DNA of 62,613 nucleotides from Verrucomicrobiota bacterium (GCA_038209745.1 JBBQXJ010000017.1:1-62613), one strand, 5' to 3'; numbered from the stretch's first letter, positions 1 to 9,804 are shown. Notes: generated by a model not told the origin, from the letters alone. Program-made: numbers and translations.

Positions 1-88
1 CCACCGGCGTGCTCTCATACTCGGCCCCGCCCACCTCCCAGCTCTCGTCGAGTCCCAACAACCGTTCAAAGGCCTTTTCAGGTATCAT
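1..88 (-). mobile_element. 5' end of a probable ISL3-family transposase gene, truncated by the window edge
   Basis: ATG at 88 reads MIPEKAFERLLGLDESWEVGGAEYESTPV to the edge, resembling the 'F..LLGL...WEV....' N-terminus of ISL3 transposases. Bases 89-340 upstream are AT-richer than the host sequence. Confidence 0.6.
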
Positions 89-417
89 CGGACCTCACCA
101 TGCCATATCCTCCTTCAGCCACTGCAATCAGCGAGGAACCGAAATACTTTCATGGCAGGGCTGGGTATATTTGGTAAGCACAGGGGACACTCTCCTCTGA
201 TCCCCAAAGCACCATCGGGGTGCTCAGAACAAAGGCGGGGCATCGCATGGATGCTTGAGATTAAGGTCCTGCATTCAAAGGACGCCATGCCCCCAATCGG
301 GTTGAACTACTAGACCCGATCGGGGGTAGTTGTGGGTAACAGGCGGGGGCGAAGGGCAGACGGGGAAAGCCCCGCCGGCAAGTGGCTTCGTCCGCCAATG
401 GCAGCGGGTCGCGGGGC

Positions 418-1116
418 TCAGGGCGCCTTGGAGGACATGTATTTCGCGACGGCTTCGGTTCGGGAACGCACGTGCATCTTCTCATACACGTGCTTGAGGT
501 AGCTGTGGATGGTCTCGACGCTGAGGCCCAGCTTTTCCGCGATTTCCTTGTTCGAATAGCCGCCGGAGAGAGCCACGAGCACTTCCTTTTCCCGGGCGCT
601 GAGACGGACGATTTCGTCCCGTTGTTTGGCCCGGTCGCGGAAATAGGCGGCGATGCGGCGGGCGATGCCGCTGGTGATGGGGACTCCGCCCTGGAGAACG
701 TCCAGGAGCCCGTCGCGCAGATCCTCGGGGCGGGCCTGCTTCAGGAGGTAGCCGTCGGCGCCGGCTTCCAAGGCTGGGAAGACCATCTCTTCGTCGTCGG
801 ACGCGGTGAGGATGAGGATGCGGGTCTCGGGCAGGAGCTCCTTGAGCTTGGCCGTGCATTCGATGCCCGACATGCGCGGCAGGAAGATGTCCATCAGGAT
901 CACGTCGGGCCGAACCTTGGGGATCTCCCGCAGAGCGTCCTCGCCGGTTGCGCACGCGCAGACACATTTGAAGTCGCCGAAAGTCTCCAGCAGACGGGTC
1001 CACCGTTCGCGGATGTCCTTCTGGTCTTCGACCAGGGCGACGCGGCGCACCACGCGACTGGCGGAATCGGCTGGGGCGATGGAATCTGGAGGGGTCATGA
1101 TGGCCGTTTCATTCAA
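418..1116 (-). CDS. NarL/FixJ-family response regulator (REC + LuxR HTH)
   Basis: VALVEDQ, DVILMDIFLP, GADGYLLK receiver motifs; LSAREKEV...GYSNKEIAEKLGLSVETIHSYLKHVYEKM HTH. Confidence 0.95.
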   Translation of the reverse strand: MNETAIMTPPDSIAPADSASRVVRRVALVEDQKDIRERWTRLLETFGDFKCVCACATGEDALREIPKVRPDVILMDIFLPRMSGIECTAKLKELLPETRILILTASDDEEMVFPALEAGADGYLLKQARPEDLRDGLLDVLQGGVPITSGIARRIAAYFRDRAKQRDEIVRLSAREKEVLVALSGGYSNKEIAEKLGLSVETIHSYLKHVYEKMHVRSRTEAVAKYMSSKAP

Positions 1117-2615
1117 CCATGCTCTTCGGCGCCGGAGGAATTATTCTTTGCGGTTCCATTCCCGGACAGGACGCGGCGGATCCGGTTCCAGGAGGAGTGG
1201 TTGAGCGGCAGGCGAAACTCGATCCGACACCCGCGGCCCGGTTGGCTGACGACCTGGCAGGTGCCTCCGACTTCGAGCGCGCGCTGCTGCATGTTGGACA
1301 GGCCGTTCCGGTCGGGATCGGCTTTGGCCGGATCGAAGCCGCTTCCGTTGTCTTCGACGACGACGACGAGGGTGTTGTCCTGGCAATGGCAGCGGAGATG
1401 CACCTCGGTGGAGCGGGAGTGGCGCACGACGTTGTTGAGAGCCTCTTTCACCGCGAGGAACAGATTGCGGCGGGTGGCGACATCGCAGGCGTCGGACGGG
1501 AGATCCCCGTCGACGTCGAACCGGCACCGGATCGGGGTCTGGCGGAGGAAGGTCTCGGCGTATTTGCAGGCGTAGGAGACGAGATCGCGGACCGTGTCGC
1601 GCTGGGAATTGATCATCCAGATCGTCTCGTTCATCGAGGTGAGCAATCCCCGGGTCTGCTCGCACAGCTCGGTGATCTGGCTCCGGACCGAGGAATCGCG
1701 CGGAAGCTCCGTCCGCGTCGTTTCTCCGAGGAGGACGAGCTTGGTCAGGCCGGCGGTCAATTCGTCGTGGATGTCGCGGGCGATCCGGGCGCGTTCTCGT
1801 CGGACGATCTGTTGCTCGCGGGACTGGATGACGACCCGGCTGCCGAGGTGCAGGCAGAGGAAGATGACGATGCCGCAAACGCTCGCGAGGGTGGCCTGAA
1901 ACCAACCCGCCTGCCAAAATCGCACTTCGATGGGAAACAAAGGCGGGGCCTGCTTGATCGTCGAAGGGCCGGGGTTTTGCCAGGGAGCTCCACCGAGCGG
2001 GGCCACCACGACCGATTGGCCCCATCGATCCAGCGGTGTCCGGCGCCGTTCCCAATGTCCTTCGCCGGGCGGCACCACGCGCCAACCCGTTCCTGAGCCC
2101 GTCTCAACTGTGCGGCCGTCCGCCAGCTCGATCTTGAGGCCCAGGAGAACGCCCGCCTGGTCGAAATCGTTGACCGCCTGCACGGCGAGAATGTGGGGTC
2201 CTGGCTGGAGGATCAGGGTCACATCGTATTCGGTGATGATCCGCCAATCCGAGCCCTGCCCAAGGACACGGCCGTCGAGGAACACGCGGTAGAAGTTGTC
2301 CGCCGCGATCCGCAGCCGGGCCCGCCCGACATCGGTGTCCGCCGGAATCTCGAACCGTGTCCAGAACCCACACTCCTGTCTGGCTTGCGTGTCCTTGTCC
2401 CACATCCAGGAACCCAGTCCGAACATCGGCTCTTCCGCGCCCTCGACGTGAACCGGCTCCGGTTCGGCCGCGCCAAGTCCCCCGCACCGGAGGACCGTGG
2501 CGATCAAGACGACAAGGAGGGCGACGCGCCGAAGGAGGCGCGCGTTGAACCGGGAGGACGATTGGATCCACGGGGTCATCTGCGGTCGTTCAAGTCGATG
2601 CTGCGAAGCCATCAT
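1113..2615 (-). CDS. HisKA_3 sensor histidine kinase with an extracytoplasmic carbohydrate-binding-like (rhamnosidase N-terminal-like) domain
   Basis: RIARDIHDE H-box, EALNNVVRH N-box, DNGSGF and GLSNMQQR; N-terminal signal, beta-sandwich motif ARLRIAADNFYRVFLDG...HILAVQAVN, one TM segment; 4-bp overlap with the regulator. Confidence 0.92.
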   Translation of the reverse strand: MMASQHRLERPQMTPWIQSSSRFNARLLRRVALLVVLIATVLRCGGLGAAEPEPVHVEGAEEPMFGLGSWMWDKDTQARQECGFWTRFEIPADTDVGRARLRIAADNFYRVFLDGRVLGQGSDWRIITEYDVTLILQPGPHILAVQAVNDFDQAGVLLGLKIELADGRTVETGSGTGWRVVPPGEGHWERRRTPLDRWGQSVVVAPLGGAPWQNPGPSTIKQAPPLFPIEVRFWQAGWFQATLASVCGIVIFLCLHLGSRVVIQSREQQIVRRERARIARDIHDELTAGLTKLVLLGETTRTELPRDSSVRSQITELCEQTRGLLTSMNETIWMINSQRDTVRDLVSYACKYAETFLRQTPIRCRFDVDGDLPSDACDVATRRNLFLAVKEALNNVVRHSRSTEVHLRCHCQDNTLVVVVEDNGSGFDPAKADPDRNGLSNMQQRALEVGGTCQVVSQPGRGCRIEFRLPLNHSSWNRIRRVLSGNGTAKNNSSGAEEHG

Positions 2616-2702
2616 GCCAAGGGTCTCCCTTGCTGTCAGGTCTTTGCCCCCGGGATCTGGCGCGAAGGTTCTCGGCGATGAATGAACGAACCGGTTCCTC
2701 GG

Positions 2703-3659
2703 CTACTTGGGTAAGAGCGCGGCGAACCGGAGGCCGCGCGTGCTGGCCCGGAATTCGTGGATTCCGAAGCGCGCCATGGCCCCTTCCAAAATGGCCAGAC
2801 CCGGAAGGATGACGTCGGCGCGTTCCGGCGGTATGCCGGGCACGGAACGCCGTTCCGCGAGAGGCAATGACCAGAGCCTTTCGATGATGGCCGAGATCTG
2901 TTCGGACGTGAGGCGGACGTCTTCGATGGCTTGCCGGTCGAAGTCGTGGGTCGCGAGGTGGACCCGCGCGAGGATGGACGCGGTGCCACCGGTGCCGACG
3001 AGGACGGGTTTTCCGTCGAGCCCGGCGAGGGCCGGCTCCAGCACCGGGACGACTTCGCGATCCAGGAAGTTCCGGATCCAATCGCGGTAGCGGGCCAACG
3101 ATTCGGAGGTCGGCGGGTCGGGCAAGGGCGACTTCTCCAAGAGGCGGACGGTGCCGAGCTTGAAGCTGTGGCGGAACACGGGGACGCGGTTTTCGCCAAG
3201 GATGAACTCGGTGCTGCCGCCACCGATGTCGAGGATGAGCACCGCGGCATTGGCGAAGAGCGGATGGCTGGCCACGCCGGCAAACGTCCAGTCGGCCTCC
3301 TGCTCGCCGGTGATGATCTCCACCGGGGCACCGGCGGCGGCTTCGACGGCGGAGACGAGCTCGGCTGCGTTGACGGCGTCACGGGCGGCGCTGGTGGCGA
3401 CGATTCGAACGGACTCGACGCCGAGGGCGCGGGCGCGGTGGGCGAATTCGCCGACGGTGCGGGCCGTGTCAAGAATGGGGCCGGGTTGAAGGCGGTGGGT
3501 CTCGTAGAAACCCTGGCCGAGCCGGGTCTGGCGGCTGGTTTCGAGGACCGGCTCCACATCGGCGGCGAGGTCGGCGACCAGCAGCTTCACGGAGTTGGTG
3601 CCGATGTCGATGACGGCGCGGCGAGGGACGTGGCCTGAACGTGGCGGAGATGGGCTCAT
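2703..3659 (-). CDS. ppx: Ppx/GppA-family exopolyphosphatase (short form)
   Basis: VIDIGTNSVKLLV, ATSAARDAVN, ITGEQEA, DIGGGSTE, ERADVI, GLR. Confidence 0.93.
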   Translation of the reverse strand: MSPSPPRSGHVPRRAVIDIGTNSVKLLVADLAADVEPVLETSRQTRLGQGFYETHRLQPGPILDTARTVGEFAHRARALGVESVRIVATSAARDAVNAAELVSAVEAAAGAPVEIITGEQEADWTFAGVASHPLFANAAVLILDIGGGSTEFILGENRVPVFRHSFKLGTVRLLEKSPLPDPPTSESLARYRDWIRNFLDREVVPVLEPALAGLDGKPVLVGTGGTASILARVHLATHDFDRQAIEDVRLTSEQISAIIERLWSLPLAERRSVPGIPPERADVILPGLAILEGAMARFGIHEFRASTRGLRFAALLPK

Positions 3660-3674
3660 GGGTGGAGAAAGAGC

Positions 3675-4664
3675 CTATTTTACTTCGCGTTTGGCCAGCA
3701 CGGCGCCACCGATGATGCCGACGTTGTCGGCATCTTCCGCGGCGATGATCTCGGCGGCTTTGCCGAGGGAAGGCATGGCGTAGTCCTTGGCCACCTCGAC
3801 GATGATGCTGAGCATCTCGTCTTCGAGGGCGTCGATCACGCCGCCGCCCAGGACGACGACATCGGGATTGAAGATGTTGATCAGGTTGCCGACGGCGATG
3901 CCGGTGTAGAAGGCCGCGTCGGCCACGATCTTGCCGACGAACTTGTCGCCCTTGCGGATGGCTTTGCGGAGGTCGCCGCTGCGCATGTCGGCGAGATCGG
4001 GCCCGAGCATGTCGGTCAGGAGCGTCTTCTCGCCCTTCTTCACCGCTTCCTTGATCTGGCGGAACATGGCCGTGCGGCTGGCGAGGGCCTCGAAGCAGCC
4101 TCGGTTGCCGCAGCCACACTTCTGATCGGACGAGGCTTCGAGGACCATGTGGCCGACTTCGCCGGCGGAACCGCTGGCGCCTCCGTAGATCTTGCCGTCG
4201 AGCATGATCCCGCCGCCGATGCCGGTGCCGAGGAAGAGGCCGAGGACGTGGCGGTATTTCCCTTTGAGCTGCTTTTCATGGACGCCCAGCGTGCAGGCGT
4301 TGCAGTCGTTCTCCACGAAGACGGGCACGTCGAGCCGCTTCTCCAGCTCTTTCTTCAGGGCAATGTTCTCCCACTTGGGCAGGTTCGGGGCGAAGAGCAC
4401 CTTGCCGGCGACGGGATCCACGGCGCCGGCGGCTCCGATGCCGATGCCGCGCACCTGTTTGAGATTGATGTCGCAGTCGTCCACGGCGTCGCGCACGACA
4501 CGGGCGATCCGATCAATGACGGCATCGACTCCGCGATCGGCCTTGGTGCTGATCTTCTCGGTGCCGAGGAGGCGGAGTTGCTGGTCGAAGACGCCGGCCA
4601 ACAGCTTGGTGCCGCCAAAGTCGACGCCGACGAAGATTTCCGGTTTGGGGCTGGGTTCGGGCAT
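3675..4664 (-). CDS. ROK-family sugar kinase (glucokinase-like)
   Basis: GVDFGGTK, VENDCNA, GTGIGGG, GEVGHM, CGCGNRGCFEA zinc motif; no HTH. Confidence 0.93.
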   Translation of the reverse strand: MPEPSPKPEIFVGVDFGGTKLLAGVFDQQLRLLGTEKISTKADRGVDAVIDRIARVVRDAVDDCDINLKQVRGIGIGAAGAVDPVAGKVLFAPNLPKWENIALKKELEKRLDVPVFVENDCNACTLGVHEKQLKGKYRHVLGLFLGTGIGGGIMLDGKIYGGASGSAGEVGHMVLEASSDQKCGCGNRGCFEALASRTAMFRQIKEAVKKGEKTLLTDMLGPDLADMRSGDLRKAIRKGDKFVGKIVADAAFYTGIAVGNLINIFNPDVVVLGGGVIDALEDEMLSIIVEVAKDYAMPSLGKAAEIIAAEDADNVGIIGGAVLAKREVK

Positions 4665-4781
4665 GCCGTTTCGGGTTTCGGTTTCCTGCCGTGTCGTCGC
4701 GGCCGAAGGGCGGCGATTCCGGGTCCGTCGCGCCTCGATCGGAATGGGCCGATCGGGCCGGACGCGTTGATGCCCGCTTGG

Positions 4782-5534
4782 TTACTTGGCCCGCAGGACC
4801 GCTTCAATCTTCTTTCGCAGCTCGCGGGTGATTTCCTCGGACGAGCGGCTGGCGTCCACGATGGTGAACCCGTAGGTCTTCTGGAGGCGCTGGAAGGTGT
4901 CGGCGATCATCGCCTGGTAGCGGATGAAGCTGTCGAACATGTCGCGCGAAAGTCCGAGGTCCATGCCGCTCTCCCAGTAGTCGAGGGAGAAGTCCTTGGC
5001 GAAGTTGCGCTGGACGAGCTCTTCGGCCGGCACGTTGAGGTAGAAGACGGCGTCGGGGACGAGGGCGATGCCGTAGAGGTTGCGCAGCCACGCCTCATCC
5101 ATGCCGCGGACCATGTCGCGCGCCATCAACGTGTAGATATAGCGGTCGCAGAGGACGATCACACCGGCGCGGAGGGCGGGCAGGATGGTGTTCTCCAGCT
5201 GGTCCGCAAAATCCGTCGCGTAGAAGAGGCTGAGCGTCGTTCGGCTGAGGATGTTTCCGCGCTTGGCTTGGTCCAATTCCTCGCTGACGAGAGTGGAGCG
5301 CTTGATGCCGACCTGGATGGCAGAGTGGCCACAGCCTTCAAGCCATTGGATCAATTGGGCGATCTGGGTGGAGCGGCCGGAGCCGTCGGCGCCTTCGACC
5401 GCGATGAGCTTGCCTCCGAGCTCGGCCGGGTCCACTCCGGGCAGGCCGTGGCCGTAGTAGCGGCGTTTGACCGCCACGGGCACCGGGATGGCGGTGGTCT
5501 TGGGGGAACGGTTCTTCGCTGTCTTCGCTTTCAT
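4782..5534 (-). CDS. Thymidylate kinase-like protein with a variant P-loop (GxxGxGRST)
   Basis: LIAVEGADGSGRSTQ, LCDRYIYT; start taken at MKAKT (ATG 5534). Confidence 0.85.
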   Translation of the reverse strand: MKAKTAKNRSPKTTAIPVPVAVKRRYYGHGLPGVDPAELGGKLIAVEGADGSGRSTQIAQLIQWLEGCGHSAIQVGIKRSTLVSEELDQAKRGNILSRTTLSLFYATDFADQLENTILPALRAGVIVLCDRYIYTLMARDMVRGMDEAWLRNLYGIALVPDAVFYLNVPAEELVQRNFAKDFSLDYWESGMDLGLSRDMFDSFIRYQAMIADTFQRLQKTYGFTIVDASRSSEEITRELRKKIEAVLRAK

Positions 5535-5991
5535 CCGAAATATGCCGCGAACATTCACCTTGTGGGGTTGGGCAGGCAAGCGCCGTCGAAGAATCCCGTG
5601 GGTGGATGAGAGCGATTGGGGACGCTGCCGATTTGAATTGTGGCTGCGGAAACCGTCGTCGCAGTTTTGGCGATCGCACGAGTGATTCGAATGTGGAGGG
5701 TGAACCGTTGGAGCAGGACGTTTTGCAGGTGGCCCACGTCAGTTCGACGACGGCACCGTGGCGTTCTTAACCTTTCGAAACGCAGCGTTTCCGCGCGGGA
5801 GTCCAGCGGTTGGTCCCTGGGATTCAGGAGGCTGACGGATATGGACCGCTCGGCTCATCCCGGATGGTCCGACTTCCTTGGCGTCGGACGCGAGGGACTC
5901 AACGCGCCGGACGCTCGCGGTCGTGCATTGCGGCTCTTGCAGAGCTTCCGCCAATCCAAGCTGAGGTAGGAGAGGAAGCTTGGCCGCCCTC

Positions 5992-6285
5992 TCAGCGCAG
6001 CAGGATCCATCCGAAGAAAGCGGCGAGCAAGAGACCCAGCGCGGTCAACACCACCCAGTTCTTGCCTTCCCGCTTGGGCCGGACCCGTCCGCCGGAGTCG
6101 AACTCGCGCTCCACGAACTCGTCGTAGTCGAATTCCTCGTCCGGCAGTCCCAATCGGTCGGCCGTGTCTCCGTCCTCGTTCCAACCGGTGGTCCAATCCG
6201 CCCCGCAATTGGGGCAGGCCCGGGCGTTGCGGGGAACCTCCTCATCGCAATTGGGGCAGGGATCGGGGGCCGGTCGGCGCGTCAT
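5992..6285 (-). CDS. Small zinc-ribbon protein with a C-terminal membrane anchor
   Basis: CPNC...CPNCG, acidic DEEFDYDEFVEREF tract, hydrophobic C-terminal helix. Confidence 0.8.
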   Translation of the reverse strand: MTRRPAPDPCPNCDEEVPRNARACPNCGADWTTGWNEDGDTADRLGLPDEEFDYDEFVEREFDSGGRVRPKREGKNWVVLTALGLLLAAFFGWILLR

Positions 6286-6352
6286 CGGGAGAGAGTCTAG
6301 CCGGCGCGACGACCATTGAAAATGATTCTGGTCGGGCCGGAGTCGGGGCAAC

Positions 6353-6386
6353 AAAAAGCCCGACGACCCGGGTGGGTCGTCGGGCT
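6353..6386 (-). terminator. Intrinsic terminator downstream of rho
   Basis: 13-bp perfect stem AGCCCGACGACCC / GGGTCGTCGGGCT followed by a U-tract on the minus strand. Confidence 0.8.
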
Positions 6387-6402
6387 ATTAAAAAAGGAAC
6401 GA

Positions 6403-8292
6403 TCAGCCGACCCCCATGCCGAGGAGGAACATGATGTTGCTGGGAGTCTTGCGGAGCTTGCCGAGGAGCAGCTCCATCCCTTCCACCGGCGGCACCCCGG
6501 TGAGGGCGCGGCGGAGGATGACGATCTTGTTGTATTCGTCGGGGTGGTAGAGGAGCTCCTCTTTGCGAGTGCCGGAGCGCTCGATATTGATCGAAGGGAA
6601 GATGCGGCGATCCACGAGTCCACGGTCGAGGTGGACCTCCATGTTGCCGGTGCCTTTGAACTCTTCAAAGATGACTTCGTCCATCCGGCTGCCCGTGTCG
6701 ACGAGGGCCGTGGCGATGATGGTCAGCGAGCCGCCTTCCTCCAGATTGCGCGCGGCGCCGAAGAAGCGCTTCGGCTTATGGAGCGCGTTGGCGTCCACGC
6801 CGCCGGAGAGGATCTTGCCGGAATGGGGCTGGATCGTGTTGTAGGCGCGGGCCAGACGGGTGATGGAGTCGAGGAGGATGACGACGTCGCGCTTGTGCTC
6901 GACCATGCGCTTGGCCTTCTCGATGACCATCTCGGCGACCTGCACATGGCGTTCGGGCGGTTCGTCGAAAGTGGAACTGATGACCTCGGCCGGGCGGCAG
7001 CTGCGCTCCATGTCGGTCACTTCCTCGGGGCGCTCGTCGATCAGGAGGATGAAGAGGTAGGCCTCCGGGTTGTTCTTGATGATGGCGTTGGCCAGTTTCT
7101 GCATCAGCACGGTCTTGCCGGTGCGGGGCGGGGCGACGATGAGGCCGCGTGTGCCCATGCCGATGGGCGAGACCAGGTCGAGCACGCGGGTGTTGACCTC
7201 CTCGGCCGTCGTTTCCAGGAGGAAACGACGGTTCGGGAACAGCGGGGTGAGGTTCTCGAACAGCGTCTTGTCCTTTGCCTTGTCCGGATCGATGCCGTCG
7301 ACGTTCTCAACCTTGAGCAGCGCGAAGAACTTCTCCTTTTCCTTGGGCGGACGGATCTGGCCTTGGACCAGGTTGCCTGTCTGGAGATCGAAACGGCGGA
7401 TCTGGGACGGCGAGACGTAGATGTCCTCGGGGCAGGGGAGGTAGTTGAAGCTCTGGGAACGGAGGAAACCGAAGCCCTCCGGCAGGATCTCCAAAACTCC
7501 TTCGGCGTAGAGGATTCCGCCGCGTTCAGAGTTCCGGGCGAGGATGTGGAAGATGACTTCATGCTTCCGCATGGTGCCGAAGTTCTCGATGCCGAACTCC
7601 CTTGCCATCTGGTTCAGCTCGGTGATGGGCATCGCTTGCAGCTTGGCGATGTTCAAGTGGCGTCCGGGCTGTATCTCTACGACCGGTTGCGGCGCCGGGA
7701 GGGCAGCCTCGACGTCGGGCAGGTCCAGGGGTCTGCGAGGCGGCTGGGCTTCGTTCGGATCGAAGGCGGGTTCGTCACCGGTCTCGGGCCGATAGGCGGG
7801 CTCGCGTGGGCCGGGAGCGGGGCCGCGCTGGGGTGGACCGCCTCTCCGACCTTGCTGCCCTGGGCGACCGCCGCGATCGTCGAATTGTCTGGGCCGTTCC
7901 TCGCGGGGCCTCTGGGCGATGACTGGCGGCCTCGATTCCGGTTTGAATGCAGGAGTCGGGGCAGGCTTGACGGCGGGTTCTGCGGCGGCGGGAACGGCCG
8001 CTTTCGGTTCAACCCCAGGTTGGGCGGCCTGATCAAACATCGGCTCGTGTCGTTCGGCCGGGGCTGCCGGAACTTCGAGCGCGACTGGAGGGGTCGGCTC
8101 GACCACGGCAGCAGGGGTGGCGATCAGTTCGGGCGTCGCTGCTGGTGCCGCCGCTGCCTTGGAGGCTGCTTTTGCGGTGGGCTTTGCTGCGGGCTTTGCA
8201 GTGGACTTTGCAGTGGACTTTGCGGCGGGCTTTGCGGCGGGCTTTGCAGTCTTACGGGGAGCGCTTTTCGGAGTGGCGCGAGGTGGAGGCAT
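6403..8292 (-). CDS. rho: Transcription termination factor Rho with a long low-complexity N-terminal extension
   Basis: [69 protein letters not shown]. Confidence 0.98.
   Translation of the reverse strand: MPPPRATPKSAPRKTAKPAAKPAAKSTAKSTAKPAAKPTAKAASKAAAAPAATPELIATPAAVVEPTPPVALEVPAAPAERHEPMFDQAAQPGVEPKAAVPAAAEPAVKPAPTPAFKPESRPPVIAQRPREERPRQFDDRGGRPGQQGRRGGPPQRGPAPGPREPAYRPETGDEPAFDPNEAQPPRRPLDLPDVEAALPAPQPVVEIQPGRHLNIAKLQAMPITELNQMAREFGIENFGTMRKHEVIFHILARNSERGGILYAEGVLEILPEGFGFLRSQSFNYLPCPEDIYVSPSQIRRFDLQTGNLVQGQIRPPKEKEKFFALLKVENVDGIDPDKAKDKTLFENLTPLFPNRRFLLETTAEEVNTRVLDLVSPIGMGTRGLIVAPPRTGKTVLMQKLANAIIKNNPEAYLFILLIDERPEEVTDMERSCRPAEVISSTFDEPPERHVQVAEMVIEKAKRMVEHKRDVVILLDSITRLARAYNTIQPHSGKILSGGVDANALHKPKRFFGAARNLEEGGSLTIIATALVDTGSRMDEVIFEEFKGTGNMEVHLDRGLVDRRIFPSINIERSGTRKEELLYHPDEYNKIVILRRALTGVPPVEGMELLLGKLRKTPSNIMFLLGMGVG
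8170..8250 (-). repeat. 12-bp imperfect tandem repeats encoding AKP/AKS tetrapeptides in the Rho N-terminus
   Basis: Repeated CTTTGC(A/G/T)G(T/C)GG(G/A) units on the + strand; protein [28 protein letters not shown]. Confidence 0.85.
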
Positions 8293-8567
8293 AAAGCGGA
8301 TTTTGAATTACAACGTTGGGCTTGAGGGAGACATCGGCAGAGCTGGATCGTTCGATCTCAGTGCCAGTAGCATGGGAAATTCCCGGCGGATGCCGTCTCA
8401 GGCCGGCTGTTCTCCGGCCCGCAACTAGCCGGCGAGGAGTGAACAGCGGATAACCCCTCGAAGTTGGAGGCTTACTTGGAAACCGTCAAGGGCGGGTTCA
8501 CGTCGATCAAGGGGTGATCATTTTGCCGGCCGGAGCGGCATTTGCCGGGAGCCGGAGGGAACGCCCC

Positions 8568-8602
8568 AAGAAAAAGCGCGGAACGGCTGGCCATTCCGCG
8601 CT
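8568..8602 (-). terminator. Intrinsic terminator after the PEP-CTERM gene
   Basis: Minus strand AGCGCGGAATGG-CCAG-CCGTTCCGCGCT followed by TTTTCTT. Confidence 0.7.
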
Positions 8603-8619
8603 CAGGGAGAGGAGATCTT

Positions 8620-9345
8620 TCAACGCCGACGGCGGGCGCGCAGAGCCAAGGCGCCGCCTCCGACCAAACCGAGCATCGCTGTGGTCGGTTCAGGAACGGG
8701 AGAAACGCGGGTGCCGGAGACGCCCACCATGTCGAAGCGCCATGTGCCGGAGGTGCTGTAGCTGGCTCCTCCTGACGGCAGATAGGACGCCGCCCCCGAT
8801 CCGGTGGCGGTGCTTTCAAACTCGGAGACAATCCGGAAGGCGAAGCTAGGATTGTTGCCGACCCCCGAGATGCCCGAAAGGTCCACCGACCGTTGCGACC
8901 AAGTGTCCGCCAGAGTGACGCTGAAGATGTTCAAGTCGATGAACACCGATCCGTCCAGCGAATACTGGAACCTCTCGAAGCGGCTGGCGGTGGAGCTGTG
9001 GCGGATGCTGAACGTGACGGTGATATCCTCGAACGAGGCGGTCCCCACCTTGGTGCCCACCCTGAACTCGACCCCGCTAGTTTTGTTCGCGGAACCATTG
9101 GGTGGATAGGTTTTGGTGTTCCATGCGAGGTTTCCGGAGCCGCCGGCCGGATCCCCTGAACCGTCGTTTCCAGTGGTGGCAAAGGTCGCGGTGGTCGTGT
9201 CGCCCGCCAAAGCCGCCGTGCCGGAACCAACGGAGGGCGACAAAGTGCCACTGTTGAAATCCCACTGGGTGACAGTGTCGGCGGCGGCGGGCAGTGCGCA
9301 GGCAGCGGTCAAGGCAATGAGCGAGTTTCTGAGGAGATGTATCAT
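8620..9345 (-). CDS. PEP-CTERM sorting-domain surface protein
   Basis: Signal peptide (ALPAAA-D), S/T/G-rich beta-sandwich, C-terminus VPEPTTAMLGLVGGGALALRARRRR. Confidence 0.93.
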   Translation of the reverse strand: MIHLLRNSLIALTAACALPAAADTVTQWDFNSGTLSPSVGSGTAALAGDTTTATFATTGNDGSGDPAGGSGNLAWNTKTYPPNGSANKTSGVEFRVGTKVGTASFEDITVTFSIRHSSTASRFERFQYSLDGSVFIDLNIFSVTLADTWSQRSVDLSGISGVGNNPSFAFRIVSEFESTATGSGAASYLPSGGASYSTSGTWRFDMVGVSGTRVSPVPEPTTAMLGLVGGGALALRARRRR

Positions 9346-9422
9346 TAGTGGGAGATTTGGTTGGGGGTGATCTTGGGAGCAAAAGCGAAGTCCTTAATTT
9401 AGACAAAAACTGTCTGGTTTCC

Positions 9423-9536
9423 TCATCTGCGACGACGCATGACGACCAAAGCGGCCAAGCCAATTCCGGTCAAGGCCAGAGTCGTGGTTTCCGGCATAAC
9501 ACCACCCGGGTGCCCGTGAGAGCGAGTTGGACCCAT
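9423..9536 (-). pseudogene. Orphan PEP-CTERM-like tail (37-aa mini-ORF or gene remnant)
   Basis: Not in the ORF track; reads MGPTRSHGHPGGVMPETTTLALTGIGLAALVVMRRRR-stop; frame is closed upstream at about 9570. Confidence 0.65.
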
Positions 9537-9804
9537 GGACCCAGAGGAAGCGTCATCGGGGAACTTGAATCAGTCCGCGCCGGGAAGCCAAACGGGACCT
9601 GCTGGGGGTGGGTTATATCCTGGAGACGCAGGGAGGTCTGCCGTTTATCTGCGCGAAAGCTCACCAAAAATCCGCAATTTCTCAGGGGTTCAGAAGGGAT
9701 CGACGTTGACACTCCCCTGTGCTGACTTTGAACTCCATCCCGTTCCGTTCCCCCCAAACCACAATGTGTTCCGTTGCATTTCCGGGAGAATGGCGCCATG
9801 TGCC

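Noticed and set aside
5540..5990. 450-bp gap upstream of the tmk-like gene: ncRNA, riboswitch or small ORFs
   Set aside because: No recognisable RNA motif, and the short ORFs lack coding features or similarity to a partner kinase.
382..8325. Long + strand ORFs (e.g. 382..1575, 4149..5609, 6316..8325)
   Set aside because: They are antisense shadows of well-supported minus-strand genes, expected at high GC3, and have no motifs of their own. The same applies to 11159..12829, 22680..24209, 25840..27405, 39127..41181 and 53364..55058.
8293..8490. rho leader as a riboswitch, with a TTGACG -35 at 8484-8489 on the minus strand
   Set aside because: No known aptamer recognised and the -10 match is weak; a rut-type autoregulatory leader is possible but unsupported.
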